Shown piece after piece: positions 24,803-37,469 of a stretch of DNA of 64,000 nt; position 1 is the first letter of the stretch, and every line of letters begins with the position of its first letter. The notes below the pieces were generated by a model. The model had not been told where the DNA came from and searched no databases. It was given only the letters and a program-made list of their open reading frames with translations. This DNA is from Chiloscyllium plagiosum. Lineage: Eukaryota. A program made the translations under genes and the position numbers. The stretch lies in the NCBI RefSeq assembly GCF_004010195.1, contig NC_057749.1, positions 21,213,838 to 21,277,837 of the forward strand, written 5' to 3'.

Positions 24803-25379
24803 GATACTCCTATCCAGTAACCTGGATTTGACAACATTCTCTAACTCTGGAAATAGAAAGCTAACGAGATTCCTTGACGGTAGAGCTGTTGAAAGCAGGA
24901 GTAAGGCTAATTGGCCGTCAAACCTGTGCTGCTATTCAATAGGATTATGGCTATTCCTTTGTCTCAATGCTATATTCCCACTTCCCATACCCACGCATAC
25001 TTTTATAAACATTTATCTGTCTCCATCTTGAATTCAGCGATAGCCTTCTGTGGTTGAGAATTCCCCTGTTCATTACCCTCCGAATGAAGGAATATTTCCT
25101 CACCTCAGTCTGAGCTCTTCACCGGGTGAAAACATGCACGCAGACCAATTTTTACCGAGGTGTAAGGTCTGTAATCACACACTGTTACTGTACCGTGGTG
25201 TAAATCCAAAGTAATTTACATGCCATCTGTTATGCAACAAATATAAATCTGGTCTCATCATTCATACATCTGCATGATGCAGGGACAATACCAGTCATCA
25301 CTGCTTTCTGCTTTATAACAGTGTAAAAATAGACTAATTAATGAGGCAGCCCATACTGTGTCATAAACATTACACATCA

Positions 25380-26300
25380 ATCTACTCACAGTCATCAGTA
25401 AAGTGATGGAAGGTGTCATCAACAGTGCTCTCAAGCAGCACCTACTCAGCAATAACCTGCTTCGTGACGTCCAGTTTGGATTCTGTCAGGGCCCCATAGC
25501 TCCTGACCTCACTGCACCCTTTAGTTCAAGCATGGACAAAACAGCTGAATTCCAGAGGGGAGGGGAGAGGGACAGCCCTCGGCATCAAGGCTGCACTCGA
25601 CCGAGTGTGGCATCAAGGAGCCCTGGCACAACTGGAATCAATGAGCTTCAGGGAAACAATTCTGCACTGATTAGGATCTGACCAAGCACAAAGAAAGGTA
25701 GATGTGATAATTCTGGAGAAACTCAGTAGATCTGGTACCATCTGTGGAAAGCGGAACACAGTTAACATTTCAAGTCCAGATGGACTCTTCAGAAGATGGT
25801 CGTGGTTGTTGGAGGTCAGCCATCTCAGCTCCAGGACATCTCTGCAAGAGTTCCTCAGGGTAGTGTCCTAGCCCCAACCATCTTCAGCTGCTTCACCAAT
25901 GACTTTCCCTCCATCATAAGTGGGAGTGTTCACCGATGATTGCTCAATGTTTAGCCCCATTCGCTGAAGCAGTCCGTGTCCAAATGCAACAAGATCTAGA
26001 CGGTATCCAGGCTTGGGTTGACATGTGCCAAGTAACAAATGCACCATATAACTTCCAGGGAATAACCATATCCACCAAGAGACAATCTGCCCCTTGGCCT
26101 TCAGTACTGTTAGCATCACTGAATCCCCCATTATCAACATCTTGGGGATTACCGTTGATCAAATGTTAAACTGGACCAGCCATTTAAACACAATGGCAAC
26201 AAGAGCAGCTCAGAGGTTAGGGATCCTGCAGTGAGTAAGTCACCTCCTGACTCCCCAAAGTTCGTCCAACATCTACAAAGCACAAATCAGGCGTGTGATG
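25380..26300 (+). mobile_element. CR1-like LINE RT fragment (second family)
   Basis: LTVISKVMEGVINS..QFGF, VPQGSVL, FTDD-like motifs; decayed. Confidence 0.75.
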
Positions 26301-26307
26301 CCCTGAA

Positions 26308-27775
26308 GTATATATAAATGATCTGGAGGAAGGTATAGGTGGTCTGATTAGCAAGTTTGCAGATGACACTAAGATTGGTGGAGTAGCAGATAGTGAAGGG
26401 GAGTGTCAGAGAATGCAGCAGAATATAGACAGATTGGAGAGTTGGGCAGAGAAATGGCAGATGGAGTTCAAACCGGGCAAATGCGAGGTGATGCTTTTTG
26501 GAAGATCCAATTCTAGAGTGAACTATACGGTAAATGGAAACGCCCTGGGGAAAATTGATGGAGAGAGATCTAGGTGTTCAGTTCCATTGTTCCCTAAAGG
26601 TGGCAACACAGGTCGATAGAGTGGTCCAGATGGCATACGGCATGCTTTCCTTCATCGGACGGGGTATTGAGTACAAGAGTTGGCAGGTCATGTTACAGTT
26701 GTATACGACTTTGGTTGGGCCACATTTGGAATACTGTGGACACTTCCGGTTGCCATATTACTAAAAGGATGTGGACGCTTTGGAGAGGGTGCAGAGGAGA
26801 GTCACCAGGATGTTGCCTGGTATGGAGGGCGCTAGCTGTGAAGAGAGGGTGAGCAGATTAGGATTATTTTCATTAGAAAGACAGAGGTTGAGGGGGGAAC
26901 CTGATTGAGGTTGACACAATCATGAGAGGTGTCGACAGGGTGGATAGTAATAGGCTTTTTCCCAGAGTGCGGGACTCAAATACTAGGAGTCATGAGTTCA
27001 AAGTGAGAGGGGAAAGATTTAAGGGAGATATGCGTGGAAAGTTCTTCATGCAGAGGGTGCTGGGTGCCTGGAACACGTTGCCAGTGGAGGTGGTAGAGGT
27101 GGGCACGATAGCGTCATTTAAGATGTATCCAGACAGATACGTGAATTGGCAAGGAACAGCGCGATACAGATCCTTAGAAAATAGGCGACGGGTTTAGACA
27201 GGATCTAAAAGGAAGGGAGAGAAGGTTCTTAGCTGAGCAAAGAGAGAGAGAACAAAGAGAGACAGAGAGAGAGCGCACCAACTGCCATTGAGAGACTGCC
27301 CAAAAACCACTCTATCAAATGGACCTTTTTCATATGAAACACCTTTGCAGCAAAAGACCAAAGACGACCCGGGGAGATCTACAGCAGAAAACCAACAGCC
27401 ACGATCAGAGCTGCTGTCTGGTTTTGGAAAATTAAGTTGAGGTAGTTTTAATAGGGACATTTATTGGATCAGTATATTGTTATAGAGTGAAAGATAGATT
27501 ACAAGCATTTAAGGGAAAGGAAGTTTAGAGTTGTAAATAGTTGTTACTTAATGTTCACTTTTAGAGTTAAAGAGTAAAGTAGATATTTTTTCTTTCAATA
27601 GAGGAATTTGGGGAGTTCTCTTGTCACTCATATTTTAACAGATTACGAGACGAGGTGAACTTTTCTGAGTGTTTGGTTTAATCAGCATAAGGGTTTACAG
27701 CCGTGTGGTAGAGATCGGCACAGGCTTGGAGGGCTGAAGGGCCTGTTCCTGGGCTGTAATTTACTTTGTTCTATG
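26308..27775 (+). mobile_element. CR1 LINE 3' part with an LTR-like insertion (~27207-27709) in its tail
   Basis: FADDTKIGG, WQMEFKPGKCEV and FFMQRVLGAWNTLP; the tail resumes at GATCGGCACAGGCTTGG after an unrelated ~500-bp segment. Confidence 0.8.
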
Positions 27776-27777
27776 TT

Positions 27778-28002
27778 TGAAATAATGCCACAGAGGCCAG
27801 TATCTTGTCACCAAGTCACTCATTATTTACACCTGGAAAGACCTTGATAGCGGTCCATCTCCCTCAGAGCCAGCACCCACAGTGTCAGAACATCTGACAC
27901 GCCTCTTATCAGCAAGGGCTCCCTGATGGATCGGGTTAAGAACCCCAACCAGAGAACTCATATTCTACGAGGTCCAGATAGCTGACCTGGTTGTGATTAC
28001 CT
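27778..28002 (-). mobile_element. Short solo-LTR-like repeat (related copies ~30165-30360 - and ~62463-62670 +)
   Basis: The three copies share GGTCA(G/A)C..GACCTC..AGAATA, CCAATCAGGGAG-like and TGTAAATA..GTGA(C/G)TTGG segments; begins TGTAA. Confidence 0.55.
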
Positions 28003-28129
28003 CAGTCCCTGCTTGCCTGGATGGGTGTAACTCCCAACAACTCTCCAGAGGCTCAATACCATCCAGGACAAAGCAGCCTGCTTGATTGGCACCACATCTC
28101 CAAGCATCCACTGATGCACGGTCACAGTC

Positions 28130-28510
28130 AGGCGTCAATGTGGACTTCACCAGTTTCCTCACCTCCCCTCCCCCCACCTTACCCGGTTACAAACTTCCAG
28201 CTCAGCACCATCCTCGTGACCTGTCCCACCTGTCAATCTTCCTTCCCACCTATCCGTTCCACCCTCCTCTCTGACCTATCACCTTTACCCCTTCCTCCAT
28301 CCACCTATTGCACTCTCAACTACCTTCCCCCAGCCCCACCCCCTCCCATTTATCTCTCCATCCCCGAGGCTCCCAGCCTCATTCCCGATGAAGGGCTCCT
28401 GCCTGAAATGTCGATTTTCCTGCTCCTCGGATGCTGCCTGACCTGCTGTGCTTTTCCAGCACCACTCTAATCTTGACTCTGATCTCCAGCATCTGCAGTC
28501 CTCACTTTCA
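28130..28510 (+). mobile_element. Penelope-like element 3' end
   Basis: GVNVDFTSF (end of GIY-YIG), C-rich UTR, degenerate hammerhead CCGATGAAGGGCTCCTGCCTGAAATGTC, terminal CTGCAGTCCTCACTTTC. Confidence 0.8.
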
Positions 28511-28759
28511 CCAAGTAACAGTTGTGTGTCCTCTCTGTAAGATACACTATGACAAAGCTGCTTTGACAGCACCTTCCAAAGCCGCAATGTCTCCCATCTA
28601 CAAAGATCAAGACCCTATATGGCTGGGAACACCACCCTCTGCAAGCTCCCCTCCAAGCAATAAATCATCCTGACTTGGTAATATATCGCCCTTCTTCCAC
28701 TGTTAATGGTTCATAGCCCTGGAGATATCTCCCTAACTGCATTGGGGGAAATACCTAGA

Positions 28760-29055
28760 TTAGATTCCCTACAGTATGGAAACAGGCCCTTCGGCCCAAC
28801 AAGTCCACACCGACCCTCCGAAGAGTAATCCACCCAGACCCATTCCCCTATATTTACCCCTGACTAATGCACCCAAGTCTATTGACAATTTAGCATGGTC
28901 AATCCACCTAACCTGCACATCTTTGGTTTGTGGGAGGAAACCGGAGCACCCAGAGGAAACCCACGCAGACACGGGGAGAACTTGCAAACTCCTCACAGAC
29001 AGTGACCCGAGGCTGGAATTGAACCCGGGCCCCTGGTGCTGTGAGACAGCACACC
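28760..29055 (-). mobile_element. HE1-type SINE
   Basis: V-domain and B box on the minus strand; TAGATTAGATTCCC tail. Confidence 0.85.
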
Positions 29056-30743
29056 TACAGCACACTGTCTGCAATGATTCAAGAAGGAAGCTCACCACCA
29101 CCTTCTCAAGGACAGTTAGGGACGGGCGATGAATGTTTGCCAAGCCAGTGATGCCTACATCCCATGCTGAGTAAGATCTCACTGCTGTTTCCCATTGATA
29201 CTAAACAATGGGTGGAATTATTGATTCATGAACAACCCTCACTCGTTGTAAATAAAAATGTACCTGCCATCACTGGCAGTGATAGAGATCTCTCTCAACA
29301 AAGTAAGGGAGATGAGATTGTTACTCAGTTTGGAATCTTGCTGCCCTGGGTTGTTTTCTCTGACGTAGGGTAAAGCTGTCATCAGCACAGTGATAGGATG
29401 GGAATTACAGCTCAGATTAGCTTCTGAGCAGTAACCTTGAGAAACTGTGGAGCGAATTGATGATCTGTGGGAATTTCTGGAGAGCAAACTGAACACAGCA
29501 GATCCCCGAAATAGACCAAGCTGAGATGGATATTGACAGCTATCCTGTGCACAGTGAATATCCTTGTTTCTCTGACATATCCCATGCATACTTGTTAAAC
29601 TAATCTTAGCAGATGCCTGTCAGTCTGGGCAGTGATACAACCAACCCAGTGTTCAAAGGGATAGAGGACCCGGTTACTGGAACAAAAACAGAAATTGTTG
29701 GAGAGACTCAGTAGGTCTGGTGGCGCTGATGAAGAGAAAGCAGAATGGACGTTTCCAGTCCTCTGACCCTTCTTCAGAATTGGTTTCTCCAGCAGTTTTT
29801 GTTTCAGTTTCAGATCTTTTGCATCTTTAGCAATCCTTTTGTTTACTGGTGTGTCGTAGGAAATTGTCAAGTTCCATTTCAAATGCCTGGGCCTAATGGA
29901 TGCCCAAAGGATTTCTCAGCTCACTGACCATCGACTGTATTCATACAATCACAGAATCCCTACAGTCTGGAAACAGGCCCACTTGGCTCAACAAGCCCCC
30001 ACCGGCCCTCTGAAGAGTAACCCACCCATTCCCCAACCCTATTACTCTACATTTACCCCTTACTAATGCACCTAACGCACACATCCCTGAACACTGTGGG
30101 CAATTTAGCATGGCCAATTCACCTAACCTGCACATCTTCGGACTGTATTGGATGGTATAGATGTAATGTGTGTCCCCAAGTCCCCCTTTATTTACATGTG
30201 GAGAGTCCTTGACACTGATCCAGCTCCCCCAGAGCCAACTCTCAGAGTGAACAGGATGTCTGACCCTCCTGTTTATATCTGTCAGCCAGGGCTCCCTGAT
30301 TGGCTCCAATCAGGGAACTCATATTCGATGAGCTCTACCTGGTTGACCTTGTTACTGTAACTATATCGTGCACTTGTTCATCTGAGGGAAGATGGTGTTT
30401 GAAGGAGTTGGAACTGCCTCAGACTCCCCTACAATGTTTGGTGTTTTATTGAGTCCACTTCTATTCATTGGTGATTGCAGGCTATGATTTGAGTTACATT
30501 CAGAGTGAAGGGAAAACGCTTGAGAACTGAGATGGGGTGGGGCTTCTTCAGCCAGAGGGTGGTGACCCTGTGAAGCTCATTGCCGCGGAGTCGTTGAATG
30601 TATTGAAGACAGAGGTCGAGAAGTTTTTGATTAGTAAAGGGACAAGGGAAGGCAGGAGAATGGGATCGAAAAACACATCAGCCTGATGGAATGGCAGTGC
30701 ATTCTCGATGGGCCAAATGGCCGTATTCTGTTCCCATACCTTC

Positions 30744-31470
30744 GAGTCATAGAGATGTGCAGCATGGAAACAGACCTTTCACTGCAACTCATCCGTGCCG
30801 ACCAGACATCCCAATCTGATCAGTCCCATTTGCCAGCATTTTACCCATCTCCCTCTAACCCCTTCCTATTCATATACCCATCCAGATGCCTGTTAAGTGT
30901 TGTAATTGTACTATATTCCACCATTTCCTCTGGCAGCTCATTCCATACACGTGCCACCCACTGCCTGAAAAAATTACCCTTCAGGTCCCTTTTATATCTT
31001 TCCCCTCTCACCCTAAACCTATGCCCTCTAGTTCTGGACTCCCCCATCCCAGGGAAACAACTTTGTCTATTCACCCTGTCTATGCCTGTCATGATTTTAT
31101 AAACCTTTATAAGGTCACCCCTCAGCCTCCGATGCTCCAGGGAAAACAGCCCCCACCTATTCAGCCTCTCCCTCTAACTCAAACCCTCCAACATCCTTGT
31201 AAATCTTTTCTGCGTCCTCTCAATTTTAACAACATCCTTCCTATAATAGGGCGACCAGAATTGTCCACAAAGTTGCAACAGTGGCCTTATCAATGTCCTA
31301 CACAGCCGTAACATGACCTCCCAACTCAGTGTCCTGACCAACAAAGACCAGAGTGCCAATTGCCTTCTTCACCACCCTGTCTACCTGCGACTCCACTTTC
31401 AAGGAACTATGCACCTACACTCCAAGGTCTCTCTGTTCAGTAACACTCCCCAGGACCCTACCATTAACTG
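30744..31470 (-). mobile_element. CR1 LINE 3' part
   Basis: Minus ORFs 30841-31092 and 31174-31359 are CR1-like. Confidence 0.88.
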
Positions 31471-32969
31471 TGCACGGTATCCCATCTTATGAAGTCCCAG
31501 AGTAGCTTGATTCTTTCTAAGGCATGGACAATCTTAATGTCTTTGGAGGTATGCATTAAACTATTGGTAGCTTGTTCATCCATCTTCAATGGCCGTGTGT
31601 CTGGTTTCTGCATCCGTGCTGTGTCTGTGGACTCCTGGTCTCTGACCTCCCTCACAGTGTGCTGTTCATATACCTGTGGCCATGATCCTGGTGCCGTGAG
31701 TCCCAATGATGACATCTGGGAACTCACTGAATCCATCGGAGCCCAGTTCAGGAAAGGCCAGGAAGCAGTGAGTTGACTATAAACAGGGAACGCGTGAATA
31801 CTCTATTTATAGACTTCAAATTTATTACGTCAGAGCCCGCCCACCAGTGTAAATGGCGCGAAGTGTTTGTTTGCCAATATTTACACAGTGCATTGGGAAG
31901 TAGCCTTGCACAAAATTACACCAAGTTGATACTTATATAGCTTTAATGTTATTGACAAATGAACCTGATGAGAAATGTTTATTAGCTAGGAGCAGAAGTA
32001 GGCCATTCAGCCCATCACGTCTGTTCTATCATTCAAAGAGATCATGGCTGATCTGGTAATCCTCACCTCCACTTTCCTGCCTTTTGCCGTCACCCCTTGG
32101 TGCCATTACTGGTTAAAAATCTGTCTCAGCCTTGAGCACTTTTAATGACCCAGCCCCTGCGGTGAAAAGGTCCACAGATTCACTCCGCTCTTGAGAGAAG
32201 AGATTCCTGCTCATCTCTGTCTGGCATGGGTAACCCCCTCCTTGATTATCCCGCAGTAAAGGGCAATGGGAGAACGCTTTAGCATGAGTCTCGAAAGGAT
32301 TTATACCCGAAGCAGCAAATATTTCCAGGAACCAAGGGGGAAAAGAAATGGGGATTGAGACAAACTAATCCTTCAAAGGACTGACATGGACAGAATGCCC
32401 TGAGTGTTTTGTGATGAACGTGGATACCTGTTTGATCTTGCCCTGGCCCTTTCTGTGCTGACATGGGGTGTCTGGTTAGCCACAGGATTTGGCTGATCGA
32501 AGCCCCACTTCTTCTGGTGTTTCCACCAGGAATCAGCAACATCAATTGCAGCTATTGCCTGGATTTTACTTATGAACTTGGCCCTGATTAACCTGGTTGC
32601 GTGCTGCCCGGGGCTGAATTTCTTTCTGCCAGGTCACTGGGGACATTGTAGAGGACCAGCGCCTCCTGCTGGGAGCACTGGAGGAACTTGCTGTGCTTCT
32701 TCCAGCACCTTCAGGTTTATTTTCAGAATCTGTCCATTAGAAGGTAAATGGGGCACTGGCTCCCTGTACCAGAAATTTCCTAACATTGGAGTCAACGAGA
32801 TTGGATGAGGAGGGACAGGGCCTTTAGCGGCAGTGACATTTGTCCTGACCTCCACAGCCCGTCTCTCTTATTTGTTGCAATTCTCAAACAGTAAGGGGAT
32901 CCCCTGGCTGCACTAAAAGAAGCCCGCTGTTTGAATTTTTCCACACAGGCATCGGGCTACTGAAAAGGG

Positions 32970-33572
32970 GGGGGCACAGTGGCTCAGTGGTTGGCACTGC
33001 TGCCTCACAGCGCCAGGTACCCAGGTTCTGTGTGGAGTTTGCACATTCTCCCCATGTCTGTGTGGGTTTCCTCCGGGTGCTCCGGTTTCCTCCCACAGTC
33101 CAAAGATGCTAAATTGCCCGTAGTGTTCAGGAATGTGTAGGTTTGGTGCACTGGTCATGGCAAATGTAGAGTAATGGGGTACAGGAATTGGTCTGGGTGG
33201 GATACTCTTTGGACTCCTGGTCTCTGACCTCCCTCACAGTGTGCTGTTCATATACCTGTGGCCATGATCCTGGTGCCGTGAGTCCCAATGATGATATCTG
33301 GGAACTCACTGAATCCATCGGAGCCCTGTCTGTGTGGAGTTTGCACATTCCCCCCATGTCTGTGTGGGTTTCCTCTGGGTGCTCCGGTTTCCTCCCACAG
33401 TCCAAAGATGCTAAATTGCCTATAGTGTTCAGGAATGTGTAGGTTTGGTGCACTGGTCATGGCAAATGTAGAGTAATGGGGTACAGGAATTGGTCTGGCA
33501 GGGATACTCTTTGGAAGGTCAGTATGGACCTTTTGGGCCAAATGGCCTGTTTCCACACTGGAGGGATTCTGT
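32970..33572 (+). mobile_element. HE1-type SINE with an internal tandem duplication and a captured 117-bp segment
   Basis: Two near-identical SINE bodies (~33027-33213, ~33329-33514) separated by a copy of 31628-31744. Confidence 0.85.
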
Positions 33573-33707
33573 GAAATATCAAGCAACCTGCGCTAAGAAA
33601 CTCAGAACGTAACACGTAATGTTAAATCCCATTCTGCAACTGGACAAGACGTTCCAAACAACTCCGAGAGCACTGAGACTACACTCACAACCAATAAAGA
33701 GGAAGGG

Positions 33708-33815
33708 GAGGTGAGTGCTGAGGTAGTGAGGGGCAGGTTAGTGTGAGGTAGTGAGGGAGGTTAGTGTGAGGTAGTGAGGGGGAGGTTAGTGTGAGGTAGT
33801 GAGGGGGAGGTTAGC
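33708..33815 (+). repeat. G-rich ~25-bp minisatellite (GAGGTTAGTGTGAGGTAGTGAGGGG)
   Basis: About 4 units read directly. Confidence 0.85.
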
Positions 33816-34435
33816 GTTATTGATCAAGCTCACAGTGTGTCTCCCTTACACTAACCCGAAGCTGCATATGTTCACACTCAGGGACCACCCTCTGCAAATT
33901 GACAGAACATGACCCAACACTGAACCTTTTGTGAATTAAATAAAACCGGGGGAGGGGGAGTAATTGGTGCAATCTCCGTGGTAACACCTCTAACAGGTAC
34001 GGCTAACTTGCCGATCATTCTGTACCCTTGCGTAGTGTAGTGTAAATTAATGTTCCCATTGAATTTTGGCATTCTTGCATCTGTCCTGATGAGTGCGAGA
34101 TGAAAGGGGTTCCACAGCAGGTCCCTCCCTGCCTATATCGCGTCCCCCAGCTCAGGGAGATAATGGGGCTCTGTCAGTGGTCGCTGATTTTTTTGGTGAG
34201 TGGTGGGGTGGGGTGAGGGTGAGCTGATTGAGGAGCACCCATCTGGTGATGCCATTCCAACATAACCCGGTGAATGGGATGGTCTCCGTGGTAATAAACG
34301 TGCCAGAGGAGGTTGATCCCAGTGAAGGTGCCTGGATTGCGATGGGGCGGGGGAGGGTGGGTCTGTCTCTATTATAGCAGAGGTTACAGCTCTAAATACA
34401 CCTTGTGTTCTCTCTCTGTCTGATTCTCTGTACAG

Positions 34436-34484
34436 GAGTGGGACTGAATCTTACCGATGTGCAGATTGCAACAACTCCCAAAGG
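34436..34484 (+). CDS. ALPK3: ALPK3 49-nt exon (GVGLNLTDVQIATTPKG)
   Basis: Long pyrimidine tract + tacag| acceptor, GG|GTAAGT donor; TDxQI motif; phases 1 and 2 fit both neighbours. Confidence 0.95.
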
Positions 34485-34714
34485 GTAAGTCAACCTTGGG
34501 AGCATCTCAGGAAGTGCTATCGCAGTCCAGACCAGGGTGAAAATATATAAAATGTGCTCTCTCTACAACAACAACTTGAACTTTGGTGGTGGCTTCAATA
34601 CCATGGATTGTCTCACCTAGAGTTTGTGAGCGAGCCAGATAAAGAGATAGCAGGAGCTGTAGATTATCGGAAACAGAGTGAAATAGGGGACTGCCATACA
34701 AAGGGGCTGGGGAT

Positions 34715-35168
34715 AAGGTTGAGGTAGTGAGGGGGGCAAGGAGTAAGGCTGAGGTAGAGAGGAGGAGGTAAGTGTTGAGAGGGAGGTTAGTGTGAGCTAG
34801 TGAAAGGTAGCTTACTGTGACCTAGTGAAGAGGAGGTTAGTGTGAGGTGGTGAGGGGAAGGGACAGGTTAGTGTGAGATAGTGCGGTGGGGAAATTAGTG
34901 TGAGGTAGCGAGGGGAGGTTAGTGTGAGGTAGTGTGGGGGAAGTTAGTGTGAGGTAGCGAGGGGAGGTTAGNNNNNNNNNNNNNNNNNNNNNNNNNNNNN
35001 NNNNNNNNNNNNNNNNNNNNNNNNNNNNTGAGGTCATGAGGGGAGAAGGTTAGTGTGAGATAGTGAGAGGGATGTTAGTGTAAGGTTGTGTGTAGGAGGA
35101 GTAGGTTAGTGTGAGGTAGTGAGGGGAGGTTAGTGTGAGGTAGTGAGGGGGAGATTAGTGTGAGGGTA
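34715..35168 (+). repeat. Same ~25-bp G-rich minisatellite, spanning an assembly gap
   Basis: Repeated GGTTAGTGTGAGGTAGTGAGGGG units; N run at 34972-35028. Confidence 0.9.
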
Positions 35169-35589
35169 CCTGGAGGCAGACTGTGGTGAATGTGTCCTGG
35201 TTACTGGACAGTGAGTGGATTGTGGATACAGGAGTTGGTGTTCCTGTGGGAATGCCATTGGATGGTAATTCCAGCATCCAGCCGCATGCTCCAGAGATTT
35301 CGAGTAACTCCCAGCAAAGCAGCTGATGGGGATGATTCATTAACTGTAGATAATTAACCTGCTCAGGGGACTATTACAATGGTAGCGTTGCTATATTCCT
35401 ACCAGACCATAGGGTCTGCTTCCTCTTTAGGGAGAGAGACGACTGGGGGTGGTTTAACCTGAGGGTCACCTTGCCTCAGGTGAGGGGACAGGTTGAGAAG
35501 GAAAGTGGTTCCTATGGCACAGCTTTGGAGCAAATGGGACCTTGAACCCAAGCCTCCTGACCCAGATATAGGGACACTAACACAAGAAA

Positions 35590-36065
35590 ACATGGTGGCT
35601 CAGTGGTTAGCACTGCAGCCTCACAGTGCCTGGGACCCAGGCTCGATTCTACCCTTGAATGACTGTCTATGTGGAGTTTGCACGTTTCCCTGTGTCTGTG
35701 TGGGTTTCCTCCAGGTGCTCCGGTTTCCTCCCACAATCCAAAGATATGCAGGTCAGGGCGAATTAGGCAGAAATGGGTACTGCAGATGCTGGAGATTAGA
35801 GTCAAGATTAGAGTGGTGCTGGAAAAGCACAGCAGGTCAGGCAGCTTCTGAAGAGCAGGACAATTGACGTTTCGGGCAAAAGCCCTTCATCAGGAACTGA
35901 GGCCCGGTGAATTGGCCATGCTAAGTTAACCAGAGTGTTAGTTGCATTAGTCAGGTGTAACTATAGGGGTAGGTGAATGGGTCTGGGTGGGTTACTATGC
36001 AGAGGGTCAGTGTGGACTTGTTGGGCCAAGTGGCCTGTTTCCATACTGTGGGGAATCCAATCTAA
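35590..36065 (+). mobile_element. HE1-type SINE interrupted by a Penelope-derived insertion (~35768-35905)
   Basis: SINE boxes and V-domain; hammerhead core at 35866-35893 (-); imperfect TSD GG(C/T)GAATT(A/G)G. Confidence 0.8.
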
Positions 36066-36175
36066 AAAAAGTGTCTCAGTGATGGTGATCACGAAATTAT
36101 CATCGATTGTAAGAATCCATCTGGTTTGCTGACGCCCTTTCCAATCTGCTGTCCTTCTCTGCTCTGGCCTACATG

Positions 36176-37170
36176 GTCATGGAGCTCGATGGTACAGAAA
36201 AGGCACCTCAGTCCATTGAGTCTGTGCTCGTGTAAAACAACCGTCTCACTATCCCAATCCCATTTCCCAGCACTTGGCCAATAACCTAAGCATTGCAAGT
36301 GCTCGTCTAAATGCTTCTTCAATGTTATGAGGGTTTCTGCCTCTCCCACCCGCACAGTCGGTGTGTTCCAGAATCCCCTGGGGGGAGAAAGGTCTATTCT
36401 TCATATCTCCTCTAAACTTCCTGCCCCTTTCCTTAAATTGATGCCCCCTGGTCATTGTTCCCTTCATCAAGGGGAAAGGTTCCTTCCTGTCTAATCCTGT
36501 CTATGCCTCATAATTTTCTACATCTCAATCATGTTCCCTCTCAATCTCCTCCGCTCAAAGGAAAACAATCCCAGTCTGTTCAATCTCAATTCATAAGTGA
36601 AACTCTCCGGCCCAGGAAACAGTCTGGTAAATCTCTGCACCCTCTCTGGTGTTGTTACACCCCTCCTAAGTATCTGCTTCTTAGCCACTTTATTTACCTT
36701 ACACCTGGTGCCTTAAGGGACCAGTTAACATACACCTCAAGTTCCCTCAGATCCTTGGTGCTTCTGTTCAGCATGTGTCCCCTTGCCTTGTTTGTCCTGC
36801 CCTCACACTTATTTGGATTGAATTCCATTTGCCAGTGACCAGCCCATCTATATCTTCCTGCAATGTAAGGTTGTCCTACACACTGTTTACCACTCCACCA
36901 ATTGTTGTATCAATTGTGGGCTTTCTGACCAACTCTGCTCCATTCAAGTCTAAATGATGTACGTAAACCACAGGCAGCAAAAGCCCCATCAATGATCCGT
37001 CTGGAATCCGACTGTTTCCAGTCGGAAAAAACACCCCTCAACCATCACCCTCTGCTTCTTGCCTCTCAGCTAATTCTGGATCCAATTTGTCAAATTTCCT
37101 TGGATCCCATGAACCCTTACCTTCGCTATCAGTCTCCCATGTGGGATCTTACCATATGCCTTGCTGAATT
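36176..37170 (-). mobile_element. Old CR1 LINE fragment
   Basis: FSKAYGKIPHGRLIAKV..HGIQGNLTNWIQN and TRGHQFK..RGDM motifs. Confidence 0.8.
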
Positions 37171-37469
37171 CTGAGAATCCAGAACCACAGCAGCGTGACT
37201 GACTCCCCAGCTGAAGTGGCAGAGTGATTAGGGAGTGAAATGGAGCACTCTCTGGTTTGGGGAATCTTGTCTGAATTCCCTGTTGGGTGGTTAGTGACTT
37301 CTCTTCCCATGATTCCTGGTTTTGACTTCCACCTTTGAGTAGTTTCATCGATCTGCGCCAACCTCCCATCATTCCCGAGTTCACCGCTCTGGGAATTTCC
37401 GCCCGATTTCCTCATGTTGTTGCTAGTTTTGGAGATAAAAAAACTGAAGTTGTCTTTGTTTGTTTGCAG

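Noticed and set aside
31700..31731. ATGATGA...CTGA resembling snoRNA C/D boxes
   Set aside because: Boxes are only ~15 nt apart, too short for a C/D snoRNA.
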